Source: the human T2T-CHM13v2.0 reference genome, Homo sapiens. From it: a DNA stretch of 64,000 nucleotides. The position numbers and the translations under genes are program-made. Location: assembly GCF_009914755.1 (NCBI RefSeq), contig NC_060944.1. One strand, written 5' to 3'. The notes beneath the pieces were generated by a model, which was not told where the DNA came from, ran no database searches, and was given only the letters and a program-made list of their open reading frames with translations. Positions 13,631 through 26,260 of this stretch are shown piece after piece. Positions within the stretch are counted from its first letter, which is position 1. Each line of letters starts with the position of its first letter.

Positions 13631-13774
13631 ACTAGATCCGAAAGTTATCTACCTTTTGATAGGAAACTTTGCAAGTATTTCAAACAGAGCTTTCTGGCCT
13701 TGACAAGGCCATGGATATTCTTCTTTACTATACTCTAAAGCAAGGCCAGATGCTTGCTTTAGAGTACTCAGGAC

Positions 13775-13985
13775 AACATTGTAGTTAAAAGCCTGGGCTC
13801 TGGAGTCCAAGAAAACAGGGTTTTAGATTTGTCTCTGCCACTTATGAGTCATGTGGCCTTGGGCAGATTATTTTCCTTTCTGAATCAAATCTCCACATCT
13901 GTGCAATGGTGACAACTCCACTTATCTGCCAGTGTGTTCGAAGGACCATTTGAGACAACGCATCTGTAGCCTGGCACCAGCGTTC
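13775..13985 (+). mobile_element. MIR
   Basis: GTAGTTAAAAGCCTGGGCTCTGGAGTC..TCTGCCACTTA..GTGGCCTTGGGCAG..CATCTGT. Confidence 0.75.
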
Positions 13986-16400
13986 AGCCCACCACACCTG
14001 CTCAGTCCATGGGAGTTCTTACAGTCATTCATTTTTCCCATTCAAGAAGCAGAGGATTCCAGGAAGTTAATACTGTGGTAGAATCCCACTCACTATGGAC
14101 CTTTAGCCTTTTACTCCTGAGGCCAGGGATCCAGTGCTTTAGTTTCCTGCATCTCATATTTACATGTTCACCATATCCACATACTCCCTGGAGAATTATT
14201 ATTTCCTGTATATTTTCCTTAAACTCACTTTCAAAAACTGTATTTTTTGAAGCTAATTTTATTATATCTGTTTCATAAATAAGTGTGGATATTTTTATAA
14301 TAATATTAAAATGATCATTATATAACTATTAACATTTACAAAGTTTGTTCTCGTATGGCCTGTCCTCATCTACACATCCCTGGAAGCACACCAAGCACCT
14401 TCCAGGCATCCTGTGTGTACTTCTCATACCTTAAGAGCTATCCAGCCATAGCGATGGGATTTCAACAGCCCTAGGGATTTAGAAGCAGTTCAGAGTATGG
14501 TATTTCTAATCTTTCCAATAATGTTTTATATGTCTCACTGCCGATATCTGACTCTGGGAATGGAATTATTTCTGGATCCTGAGGTTGCTTGTGAGGCTGC
14601 TGTGTAGCTCTCTGAATTAAATGGTTGGCCTGGCCTCGTTGCCATGGTGACAGGAATCAGTGCAAGCCGACCAGGTGACCAGCTGGATGGGGAAGCATCA
14701 CAGATGTGGGCCATTTCTTTGTCAGTTATCTCAATGACTGTCATTTCCATCCCCTTGAGTTGGTCACATGAGCAGTCACCATCTCAGATCTTATCTCTGA
14801 CATAGCCGGTGGGAGGGCCTGAAGACCTTGGAAGTTGGTCTAGGATGCATACCTTGGAAGACACACACAATTCAGTGATGTATTTTTAAAAAGAGTAAGA
14901 AAGATAAGCAAACCGGGTGAACACTGTCTATTTATTTACTGATGAATGCAACACCTGTTATAGAGTTGGTACTCCAAAATTTTAATTAAATGAGTGAATG
15001 AATAAACCAAGTACTAACACTGTACTATATAATAATCATATGTATGCTTCTTCAACCAGCATTTATTGACTATTTTCTGCATTCTTAGGACCAGGCTGAG
15101 GATAAAAGGGTAGAATAGCCTGAAAATGTGAAGCAGTCATCAGATGTCAGGGGGTGGGTAAGAGGAGAGAATCTGGGTGCTTTCTTAGGGAAAGAGAATG
15201 GATCATAAAATGGGATCACTGGAGCTGGAGGGTAAGAATCTTAGTTGGGGGGATCAGTTAGGCTAAGGGCAAGTCAGGGAAACACTTCTCAAGCCAATGG
15301 CCAGTTCATCCCCTTCCCTGAGAGAATGGCTTAGCCCTCCACACTCCAGAAACACTGCAATGAGGCAGACTTTCTAGGGTCGTGCTGCAGATGGTCCACT
15401 ATGCTGCTTGCCTCTTTGGTTCCTCACAGGCCTGGTTTGGAGGGAAATGCTCTCTCTCGGGTGTCTTGCTGGACACTGTATCTCTTGGCTCCAACTTCCT
15501 TGGCCTAGCTTGCCGCATTCCAAGTCAAAATAGCTCATGCTCCTTCCGGGCGGCTCCCCAGGGCCTGGGGTGCATAGATCTGCATGGAGGGGGAGAGGGT
15601 CTGTGACTGGAGATCCTTCTTTTGATGGGTATCTCTCTGTGAGGCTCAGCCTCGGCCACCAGGCCCCCATGTGCCCAGCAGAGATGCTGCCTGTGTTATC
15701 TGAGTACTTAGACCCTGGGTTTGCCCATCTATAGTCCATACCCACCCAAATAAGTCATGCCTGTGGAAAACTTTTTAGACAGTTTTAGTCCTTGTGATGA
15801 AGGAGAGCAAAATCTCTCTCCAGAATTGAAAATGCTTCAGCAGAGAAGTACTCTTGCAGTAAACTGGCTCCATCTAGCAGATCTACAAAATTAGTGGAGG
15901 GAAGCTTTGCAAACACGAATCTTTAGGGCATCTCAATGAGGATGCTTGGTTCTGTCCAGACTCATTGCCTTCCAAGTAATGAAATCATCTGGGAAACAAA
16001 CTTATTAAAATATAAAACCCTTCCAGAATCCTTCTTCAAGCTTCAAAGGGAGATTTGGGGGAAGGAAATACTACCCCATTTTAATGATTGCAAAGATGTT
16101 TGGGGTGGGAGTTTGGGGGTGCACATTGTTTTTGGTGTCTAATTCAAATTTGGTTATGTGCTGTAGGTCAGTTTCCAGGGTGCACAGCCTGGACTAGGGT
16201 CTTCCTGAGCCTGGAATTTGGGACAGAAGGAGCTAGACCCACTCATCCAGCTTTGGGCTGCAGTGACTTAGAGGGATTAAGAGGCAAATCTTGCTCTGGC
16301 CATCCCGAAAAGGCTAGAGGACTCACCTCTGATGCATTTTACAATTCAAAGGGATGCCCCATTCCTTTGGAGACTTAGAACAAAAGCCAACTGAAGAGGT

Positions 16401-16794
16401 TGTCTCGGGTTGGGTCCCCAAGACAGAGATTCTTGTGCAAGTCATTCATTGTTGGAGAGATCTCCAGAGAAAAGGAGTGAGAGAAACAGGATCAGGCAGG
16501 AAAGGAGGCAACAAAGGAGTGGTGTTGGCTGCAGACCAGCCTCAGGTGGATCCCAGGAGACCATGGAGTGTGAATGGCACCACAGAGCTGTCCTGCCTTG
16601 AGGCAGGAGCTGGCCTTTGTACCCTAGTGTCTACCACCCCTCTTGGAGTGAGGACTTAATCTTCTAGGCATTTCTGGGTGAGGTTGCATGCACTGGCCAA
16701 GTGCAACTCTGGAGAACTTACTCTTAGCCTTTATCAGGAGCTGGATGCATCAGCCCCAGAAAGGGTTTCTGAGCGGGCACCAACAGCATCTACA
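16401..16794 (-). mobile_element. LTR33/41-like ERVL solo LTR
   Basis: TGTCTCGGGTTGGGTCCCC..GATTCTTGTGCAAGT..GGGCACCAACAGCATCTACA, with TG..CA ends. Confidence 0.65.
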
Positions 16795-18102
16795 AGACAT
16801 AGTCATGTGGTTGTCCTGCCTGTACTTTGCATTGGACTGGATGTACAAGTTCTTGTCACCTTTACAAGGAGACATCATTCATCTGTCTATGAGAACTCCC
16901 TTTCCTTTCCAGCCCTTTCCTTCTCAGCTTTTAGACATGTTTTGTAAAAGTAGGGGAAGGGGTGGATACATAAGTGAATGTAGCTGGTCAGACATGAACG
17001 CCTCGCTCTGTAGAGCATCGCCAGCTGTGGATGTAGCCGCTCAGCTATTCATCCAGGCTTGTTAAAATATTAGAGCATAAAAAGGCTGATTTCATTCGTT
17101 GTATGGCAGTACAGCTTCCCTCAGGAAAGGCAAGGCTGGCCAAAATGTGTGTGGTCCATACCTTTTGGGTGGATGATATTTGCAAGACTTGACTCCCTCG
17201 GCTGTGCCCAATCTTGCCCTGACCATTCACTTCACTTCTTGCCTTTTCTCTAGAACTTCCCTTTCTGTTATTTGGAAATGGTCACAGAAAAGTACAATCT
17301 TTTCCATTCTGAAACCCAACTTGCCATTTTCTTCCATACCATGTGGTTCTAATATCCACATCCTCCACAGCACCCCAGATTTCAGGCTGGGCATCCTGTT
17401 GTCACCTGAGTCTGCGCCTGCTTCCAACACACCAATACATAGCCACACAGTGGATTCTGTTTGGCTCTTTGGATCTGAGTTTCCGGCAAAAACAAGATTT
17501 TTTTTAAAAACAATGTGACAGAAGAACATAGAAATGTCTGGAACGTGTTCAAGCCAGTGAAAACACTGAGAAGACACTCTCCCTGCCGCCTCTCAGTGCA
17601 GACGAGTCAGACATGCCTCTGGGACACCCCGGCTCCCTTTGGCTGGCACAGGGAATGGAAACTTTGGCCACGGGTGGTTGTTTCTGTGGCTTCTGCACTT
17701 CTGGCCTCACCCGCTTCTCACTGATGATTTCGCAGAGTAAGCCTAGTCTAGCATCAGTCCATCCTCAACACCAGCCAGCCGGTCTCCATGCAGCAAGGCC
17801 CGATAGGCATGCTGGAGTCTCAACAGGAAATGTGCTTTTCCACTGAGCAAAAACAGACACTCAGGAGCTGATGGGCTGTGGAGTGATGTGCATGGTTCAC
17901 TCAGGACCCTGTCACATTAAAGGAGCATATGAAGCCATATCCCCACATAGCTCAGGGATGTGGGGAACAAGTTGCTGTCCATCGCCCACCCTCCAGCCTG
18001 CACTCCTGTGGTTGGATTCCCAATCTCTGTAGCAATTTATTGCAGGATTCCTTTGGAATGATCAAGAGAATGTTTGTGGAAGAAGCAGCATTTGTGTGGC
18101 TC

Positions 18103-18440
18103 CTGAGTTAGCCTGGGTTGCCAGAACCTGAGCCTGGCATGAGCATTCCCGTGAAAGCCATGTTGGACATGCTTCTTGGAAAAACTGGTCAGAGAGCACA
18201 TAGTGTGATCAGGAAAAGGTAGGAGGTCAAGAAGGGCACGGTGTCAAGCAGAGTCCCACAGAGAGGAACTTCAGCACAACCGAGCCCTGGGTGCTGGCTC
18301 CTGAGTGTAGAAGCACTCTGGGAGCTGGAGTTAGCAAAATGGTAAAGGGCTTTCCAGGGAGGAGGACAGAACCCTGACTGCCAGCTTCAGTTCCATTATA
18401 GCAACTTTCAGAGGAGTTTGTGGGAGCAATAACAGCACCA
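18103..18440 (-). mobile_element. Diverged LTR33/41-like ERVL LTR
   Basis: TGAGTTAGCCTGGGTTGCCAGAACCTGAGCCTG..; ends GAGCAATAACAGCACCA, like the 16401 copy. Confidence 0.4.
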
Positions 18441-19400
18441 GGCCTGTTCTTCCCCAGTGTCTAAACTTCTTTCTGTTGTAAGCTGAGCTCTTTTGCAAGC
18501 CCCAGTATCAACTCCTTCTGCCTTCTCCTTGTGAGTTCCAACACACTAAGTAGACATTAGGGTACCAGCCATTTACCCCATGGGGTACCAGCGATTTGCC
18601 CCATGGCCGTAAAATGTGCACATGATAAAAAAGGGCCCTGGGGCATAGAAAGAGTCCCTACAAAAGGTGCCAACATGCTTTCCATCAGGATGTATCTCAG
18701 GCAACAGGAGAATCTGAGTCAGCTCCCAGCTCATTCTTAGCCCATGACAAATGTTGAGACACAAGTAGACATTTCCGGCACTCAAATAAGGCAAGAACTC
18801 CAAACCAGTCCCTTTTTGGGTAGAAGGGGCTAGGACCGTTTCATCTGAATAGGAAGCTCTAGTTGGAGAAAGATACTTACCGCAAGGCCTGCAGTGAGGA
18901 GCAGAATCCCAGACGCTATGTCCTCCGGGGTCATGTTTCTCCAGCCCAAGGCTTAGTAAAAGGCTAATTAGGAAGTTGGCCAATTTTAGTCTCGGGTCCC
19001 ATTTTGGGCTCTAATGTACTGTGAAATGTAATGCAATTCCACATGTTTTGCAGATGCTTGGTGCAGTCATTTCTTTGGGAAAAAACAAGGTTAGGGTTTG
19101 CATAAGCACATTTTTTCCCCTTTGAGCCTGGGGAGAAACGTGAACTAAACCACGTCTAATGTTGATCCTGAAGAGGCTGCTGTGGTGTAGAAGGAAGGAC
19201 ACTTGCCTCAGAAGATCAAGTGGATCTTCTTACTTTGTGAACTGAGCCTCAGTTTCCCACTCTGTGAAGCACAGAGCTCTCGAGTTCTCATGAGGATCAG
19301 GAAAGAGCATGCAATGGGAACAATGATATTAACATATTAAGAGTTGCTACTGTTTCTGCTGGAGAACTTGGCTGTTTGTTCAAGGAGAAATGCTTTAAAG

Positions 19401-19926
19401 CAGAGGTCCCCATTCCCCAGACCATGGACCAGTACCAATCCCTGGCCTGTTAGGAACTGGGCCACATAGCAGGAGGGGAGTGGTGGATGAGCAAGCAAAG
19501 CTTCATCCGTATTTACAGCCACTCCCCACGGCTCACGTTAATACCTGAGCTCCACCTCCTGTCAGATCAGTGGTGGCATTAGATTCTCGTAGGAGCATGA
19601 ACCTTGTTGTGAACTGCACATGCGAGGGATCTAGGTTGCACACTCCTCATGAAATTCTAATGCCTGATGATCTGTCACTGTCTCTCATCACCCCCAGATG
19701 GGACTGGTCTAGTTGCAGGAAAACCAGCTCAGGGCTCCCACTGATTCTACATGGAGGTGAGTTGTATAATTATTTCATTATATATTACAAAGTAATAATA
19801 ATAGAAATAAAGTACACAATAAATGTAAATACTTGAATCATCCCCAAACCACCCTTCCCCACCAGTCCATGGAAAAATTGTCTTCCACAAAACTGGTCCC
19901 TATGCCAAAAAGGTTGGGGACTGCAG
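19401..19926 (+). mobile_element. MER1A (hAT-Charlie non-autonomous DNA transposon), full length
   Basis: 526 bp with terminal inverted repeats CAGAGGTCCCC...GGGGACTGCAG. 8-bp TSD CTTTAAAG (19393-19400) vs CATTAAAG (19927-19934). Internal sequence matches the recalled MER1A consensus. Confidence 0.92.
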
Positions 19927-20210
19927 CATTAAAGAGCCACAACCTCATTCAAACTCTGGATGGCTGTGCCCCTCCCCCACCCCCACACCTTGTCTCTACT
20001 TCCCTGTCCACCTGGACTGCCTCCTGCAGTCCTTCTCTAGGGCTCCACTCAAGCCTGATTTGCCCTATGCAGCCTCACTCACTGTGCTGGCTCATGCTGA
20101 CACCTTCCTTCCTGACCTCACTTCCCACTCACTGTCTGATCCATATTAATAGATATCAATTGTTATCAATATGGTTATAGCTATGGTTATCAGTTCAGGT
20201 GAGATAAATA

Positions 20211-20772
20211 GTGGCAGATTGCATCTTCCCAAAAGACCACAGCAAGAACTCCAGGACAACATACTCTTCCAGAATCTTGTCCTCCCCCACCAAAAATGAA
20301 GAGATAGGGTCCACTTCACCTCCCTTTAAGACTGGTTAAATCTTTGTAACTGCCATGACCAGCAGAAGCAGCGGAAATGTTTTGCGTGACTTCCTATGCC
20401 AGATCATAAAAGGCTGTATGATTTCCTCCTGGCACTCTCTTGGCGTGTGCACGTGCAGCTCTGAGCCACTATTTGAGAAGTCTCCAAGCTGAGAAGACCA
20501 CATGGCAAGACCACAGACTTGGAGAGGCCAGGGAGCCCCAGCTGTTCCAGCTCCCAGGTGTTTCAGTTCCCCTAGCCCAGAGGCCAGACAGGCAGTGAGT
20601 GTTGGAGCCTTCACATTTCCAGGTCCAGCCACCATATGATTGCAATTGTGTGAGCAGCCAAGTAAAGACCACCTACCTGAGGCCGGTCAACGCCTAAAAA
20701 TGTGAGACATAACAATAAAATGTTACAGTTGTCTTAAGCCACTATGTTTGGGATGGTTATTATGCAGATACA
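20211..20772 (+). mobile_element. MLT1H/G-like MaLR solo LTR
   Basis: Begins GTGGCAGATTG and ends AATAAAATG..GTTGTCTTAAGCCACTATGTTTGGGATGGTTATTATGCAG, a typical MLT1 3' terminus. Confidence 0.8.
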
Positions 20773-20785
20773 TATACATATGTAC

Positions 20786-21260
20786 TATCTTAGTTCTGGC
20801 AGCTTTAAGAAAATACCATACTGGGTGGGTTTATAAACACAGGAATTTATTTCACACAGTTCTGGAAGCTAGAAGTCTGAGAACTGGGTGCCAGCATGGT
20901 TAAGTTCTGGCAAGAGCCTTCTTCTGGGTGACGGACCTCTGACTTCTCCTTGTATTCTCACGTGACAGAGAGCAGAGAGGGGAAACAAACTCTCTCATGA
21001 CTCTTCTAGAGACAAGGTCTCTCTCCATCACCCAGGCTGGAGTGCAGTGGTTCTATCCTCCCACCTTAGCCTGCTGAGTAGCTGAGAATACAGTTGCATA
21101 CCACTATGCCAAGCTAATTTTTCATGACTTTTATAAGGATACTAATCTTATTTGTGAGGGCTCCACCCTCATGACCTAATTACCTCCCAAAGACCCCATC
21201 GCACTGGGGATTAGGATTTCAACATATGAATTTGGGGAGTAGGGTATTCAGTCCATTACA
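20786..21260 (-). mobile_element. MLT1A-like MaLR solo LTR (interrupted by Alu monomer)
   Basis: TCTTAGTT..AAATACCATA..TTTATTTCACACAGTTCTGGAAGCTAGAAGTC..GATTTCAACATATGAATTTGGGG..ATTCAGTCCATTACA. Confidence 0.85.
21006..21121 (-). mobile_element. Alu right-monomer fragment (AluJ/FRAM-like) with internal deletion, nested in MLT1A
   Basis: GAGACAAGGTCTC..CACCCAGGCTGGAGTGCAGTGG..CCTCCCACCTTAGCC..GCTAATTT. Flanked by TCATGACTCTT (20995-21005) and TCATGACTTTT (21122-21132). Confidence 0.85.
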
Positions 21261-21470
21261 CACATACACCTAGATACTTGCGTATGCATATGTTTGTACA
21301 TATGCACACACACATACATGCATACCTATATTTACATACATGTACACACATGGATGCTACATACATACATACATGTACACACATGGATTATACATACATA
21401 CATGTTTAGGGATGTAGCCTGATTTCTTCAATCATCCTCCAGTTTGTGCATTTGTGTGTGTGTGTGTGCT
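21260..21470. repeat. (TACA)/(CA)/(TG) low-complexity tract
   Basis: Alternating purine-pyrimidine sequence, including a duplicated TACATACATGTACACACATGGAT unit and (TG)n near 21453-21468. Confidence 0.85.
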
Positions 21471-23539
21471 GGAAGTTAGCTTCCCAGCTGGGCTGTAAAC
21501 TCCTGACATCAAGACTGTGCTGAATACTCCCTGTTATCCTCCGCCAGCTGAAGAACGACATGGTGGATGTAGCGACTCTGCCCTGAACCCTTGAGTTATA
21601 TTGATGAGGAAATGTGTGGTGCACACCTGTGTCCCTGAAAAGCTCATTACATGATGCAAGTGGGATCAGAGTCACTTTGGTCTTTGAATCTTTCTCAAGG
21701 AACCTGTATCCTTGGAAAGAACCATTTACCTGAAATTGTTGAGAAAAAGCCACTCGATTTGCTTCTGTGTCGTAGACTCAGTGGAAGGAAATGCCACTCT
21801 CTCCAGTCCCCCAACTGTGGATACTCGGCCGCCACCTCGGAAGCTATTAGGCAGGGTCTCCTTTCCTTGTTCAGGATCCCCATGGGATTTGCTGCTTCTA
21901 TCTTCAGATTCAAAAGCAGCTCTTTTGCTTCTCTCCTCATCTTAGTGTTACCTAGGAGATCAGAGATTTTTATGAGTTAGGATTGACAGTCTGATCATAT
22001 TTATGTGAGCTAGGCAAGAAAAGTTAAATATTGGAGTCTCTCATTGAATACAATATTATTTGGATAAAAAATTGTCTCAAACATTGAAAGGGTCATTTTC
22101 TAAAAGAATTTATTTTAATAAATTTTCCTCCATAAATCTATATGAAATGCCCTGAAATTCAAAGTTATATAATATATGAGAAAACATCAAAGGAAGCAAT
22201 GATATTAAATTCCTTTCCATCCTTGAAAATTCTGCTAAGTTATTTTACCCCACCCACTGCATGAACTCAAACATCGTTACAAGAACTCAAACAGCCCAGT
22301 GAGGTGCAACACAGCTTCTTCAAGTACATGGTAAACCACTCCTCGTCTGGGAAGGCTGGAGAGGAGGTATTAGTATCTTTGATCAGCCTTTGACTCAAGT
22401 GGGCCTGAAATTTGTCCTAGCTCATGACTGTAAATGTATACATTTGCATGAGGCCTCTGTGACATCATGACCAAGGTTATTACATCAGAGTGGATGTTGC
22501 TACCACTACCTCTTGCATTATTTTGTCTTGTAATAATTGTATTACTTTATGGATCTCTTTTAATCTGTTTTCAACTCCAGCCAACCCTGCAATGATACAT
22601 AAGTACATGGAAAGACAAAGATGACAATCTTTGTGCCAATGACACAAACTCATAGGTTCTGAGGAGGAGCAAGAAGTAATTGACTTATAATGGGTGATAT
22701 GATGGCATTCTAACATAAGAATGAAGTGAAACTTTTTCCTCCTACTTCCTGTCCACTTTCCCTCCTTACTTGGAACATAAATTATGGTATTTATCATTTT
22801 CATCTTAACTAACTCAACAACTAAGCCAAATTTTCACTTTCTTCCATAAAAAAAGTAAATGTTAATACTGAGGTACTTTATGTAATGGCCGGACTTGGTC
22901 AAAAGTTTTATTTTTCTGCCCACTTTTCTTTCCTCTTCATAAAGCTTCACAAGTTTCTCTAGACTCGAAAAGCATTTATTAAACACCTACCTTGCTGTTA
23001 CCATGAATTTCAATTTGGCGACTTCACATGGGACATCAAAATCTGACACTTGCAGGAAACATCTAAGAGATCCCACAGATTCTAAAGGAAAGTAGAACAC
23101 AATTTTACCTTCTTGGCTGTAACTGGTTTCCAATATCATTTTGCCTCTGAACACATGTTCTTGCCTCTGAGCCTTGGGGCATCACCTGTCAGAGACATTA
23201 GAACTGCCACAGATGCTTGTTTGGGATGACTTGACCTTGAAATATTTATAGTTGAGAGCTTTGGAAGGCTGCAGTGTCTCTTCCTGTAATCTCCCACTGT
23301 TCTGATTGCTCTTTCTGTCTGATTTTTGGTTTATCCACGTAAGTTGACATGCAATTAGCTCACCTCCCAGGCTTTCCATCCTAGCTTGTCAGCCCATCCC
23401 AACAACCTTTACTTTCCCTAGGCTGTTATTTACCACCAGGCCACACCGTGACTCCAGGCAGCATAAGTTCCATGGAGGACTTAATGTGGCTAAGGGCAAG
23501 TTTGGGGAATCTTTAATGTGAATTTGGTTTGCAGTCGCT

Positions 23540-24284
23540 TATGAAGTAGAATATATTCCAGAGGAAAGTGAAGAAAACAAGCAGAGACTGGAGGGGATAT
23601 GAACCTCAAAAGAAAACTAGACTGGCAGAGAGCCATAGCAGTTAGCTTTTCTCCTCTGAAACCTCCCCAAGGTGTGTAGCATATGGGGGATAGAGCTCAG
23701 GCAGAAAGCAGCAGTCTTACTCGGTTGAGGCATCAGAGATTGGAGCTTGGGTCCCAGAGCAGCTGAAAATTGGGGGAAATCTCAGAAAGAAAGGAGTCAA
23801 AGAGGGAGAGCCCTATAATAGACATATAAATTTCCCTCAGGTCCGTGACTGACTGCTGAACCTCACATGCTTGGGGATGACTCCACGCGGCCCAGGGAAA
23901 ACAACAGCTGAAAGGCTGAAAGCGGATATGTCAGCTGCTGCCTGGCACTGGGGAGACAAACTGAGAAGTGCAAGCCTCTAAAGTTAAAGGGGCTTGATAA
24001 ACAGTTCAGATGCTCCACTGAAAGCCTATAGGGACCACATCTCAGGACTAAGGGCACACTTAAAACAGGCCTAAAATTACCACAAATGATGACCCTCCAG
24101 TAATTCAATCAAAGCTGAAAACCTAAAACCACCTCTGGCTTTGTGGCTTGTAATTACAATCCTCTGATAATTCAACTTCCTATTAGAACAAAACTCAACA
24201 CTGTTCAGAGGAAGATGACAGAATCCAGAATCTCCTGAGCCACCATCCATGAAGTCAAATATATAATAAAAAAAATTAATAGAA
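23540..24284 (+). mobile_element. Old L1M 5'-region fragment (host of the AluJ)
   Basis: A-rich strand with motifs resembling the L1M4/L1MC 5' region (AAAACTCAACACT..AGAATCCAGAATCTC..AAAAATTAATAGA). Highly diverged. Confidence 0.5.
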
Positions 24285-24582
24285 GACCGGGTGCAGTGGC
24301 TTATGCTTGTAATCTCAGCACTTTGGGAGGCCAAGGTGGGAGGATAGCTTGAGGCCAGGAGTTTGAGACCAGCTTAGGTGACATAGCAAGACCCTGTCTC
24401 TACCAAAAAAAAAAAAAAAAAAAAAAATAGCTGGGCATGTTGATGCACACCTGTTGGGAGGCTAAGGTGGGAGGATTGCTTAAGCCCAGGAGTTGGAGGC
24501 TGCAGTGAGCCATGATAGTGTTACTGCGCTCCAGCCCTGGCAACAGAGTGAGACCTTGTCTCAGAAAAAAAAAAAAAAAAAA
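24285..24582 (+). mobile_element. AluJ, with expanded central A-linker
   Basis: Dimeric Alu with J diagnostics (GGAGGATAGCTTGAGGCCAGGAG, GGAGGATTGCTTAAGCCCAGGAG, GAGGCTGCAGTGAGCCATGAT). Central A run of about 24 nt, terminal poly-A, short deletion in the right arm. Confidence 0.93.
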
Positions 24583-25509
24583 TACTAGATACACATCAAG
24601 TAGATTCTAAATTCTCTTGCTTTGATCTTGCTTGCTCCAAACTCTGACAGGTCTTCTGCCATCTACAAGGCAGCACAGTGCCCTTCCTAAGATACCTCTC
24701 ATGTCATCAGTTTCTGTTCTTAATCTGTAACCCAAAATCCTAGCTGGACACCAAAGCACATTGTTGAAGCAAAAGGCACTTAGTATGTTTCATTCAGAGC
24801 TATAATGTGCCATCACCAGAGCCCTGTGACAGTTCAAGGAAATGGAGAAAAGTGAACAAATGAATTACATTTTTGGTTTGAATTAATTATGCTCTTTTCT
24901 TAATTTCTGTTCATATTCAGAGGCAAATGTTGTCCAAGAGATGGAGACTTGATATTTGGAATCTAAACTTTGGATGCACAAACTTAGTGATCTAACAAAA
25001 AATAATCAAGTTCTAATCTACCCTTAAAAGAGTTTCAGGAGTAATTTGCAGATTCTTTAGTGCTTTGACCTAAAATTATAGGTAAATGGTCAAAAAATAT
25101 TGAATGTATGGTAACATAAAAGGAAAAATGATTTCCTGCAGTCAACATCTGCATTTTCCCCTTAAGGAGGGGGCCAGAGGTGGCCAGGACCAAAACTGAG
25201 AAGTAAGCACAGCTCTTATTTTTTCCAACTGAGCTAATCAATATTTTTTGTCTGCTTATTTATGTCTTCCTACAACAGCTACGCATATTCTTAGATATTT
25301 ATTTCATTATCATAAACTAGAAATCAAGCTAAAGATTAAAGACGTCTCAATAAATTCCCTGAAGATACCAAATACCTTCAAGCAGATGGATTAGTAATAA
25401 CTCTCCCCCTTTTAAATGGATTATATTCTAAAATAGGTGCAGATCAAACAAAATGATATCAGGAATCACTATTACCAGGACCAAGGAGTGCCAGTTATTC
25501 TTTCATTTT

Positions 25510-25705
25510 AGGACTTGGTTAGCAAAGCTTCAGTATAGGGAAATAAGGAGCGCACATGTCCCTGTTCCTATTCCCCTAACCATGGTAGACATTGCTAATA
25601 GATGGAGATGCTCTACCACACTGAGCCCCATCCAAGACTCAGCCTATCAGTCAATCATTAGCAGTCAAGCAATGAACATGAATGAGACTAATTTTCTATC
25701 CTTAA
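25510..25705. mobile_element. MER102-like hAT element fragment
   Basis: CCATGGTAGACATTGCTAAT..ACTGAGCCC..CTCAG resembles the recalled MER102 internal sequence. Confidence 0.5.
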
Positions 25706-26173
25706 AATTGGCAGTCGTGGAATAACAACATCAGGAGGAAAGAAAAAGGGCAGTTTTTAAGAGGGGAAGCAGAGGGAAACTTTTGTGCTTTTCATGAAAT
25801 TCTGTTATTATCCTCCCATCTATAGACCAATAGAACCATAAAGGTTACTTCCACCTCTGGAATTTAATGAGTTAACATTAAAAAATGTCATTGATTTTGA
25901 AACCTCCAGCCATTTAGCATGCACACTTCACCTTCTATAAAATAAATATTTAAAGTTTAAAAACTTTCCATGTAGATTCCTGTAGGGAATTACTACATTC
26001 CAAAAGCACTATTTCAAGTGCATTTTTTTTCTAGAAAAGTTTTTCATGCAATCTCATCCTTTCTGAGGGCATTGAACAGGAATGGGCATTCCTTGTAATC
26101 ACCATGGGTTCCCTTGAGGAACTATTTAGTGGGTTCCTGTGTACATCAGCCTATTGGTCTGGATCAATAGCAG

Positions 26174-26260
26174 ACATAAGAACATGAGAGATGCAGCACT
26201 TGGGTCAGACCCTAGGTCATCCATTCAAACATTCTGTCTCTGATGTTGGCACCAAGGGAC
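26174..26260 (-). mobile_element. Ancient CR1/L3-type LINE 3' terminus
   Basis: ACATAAGAACATGAGA (reverse of a TTCTTATG octamer tail) followed by TGGGTCAGACC..GGTCATCCA..CATTCTGTCTCTGA, resembling amniote CR1 3' ends. Confidence 0.5.
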
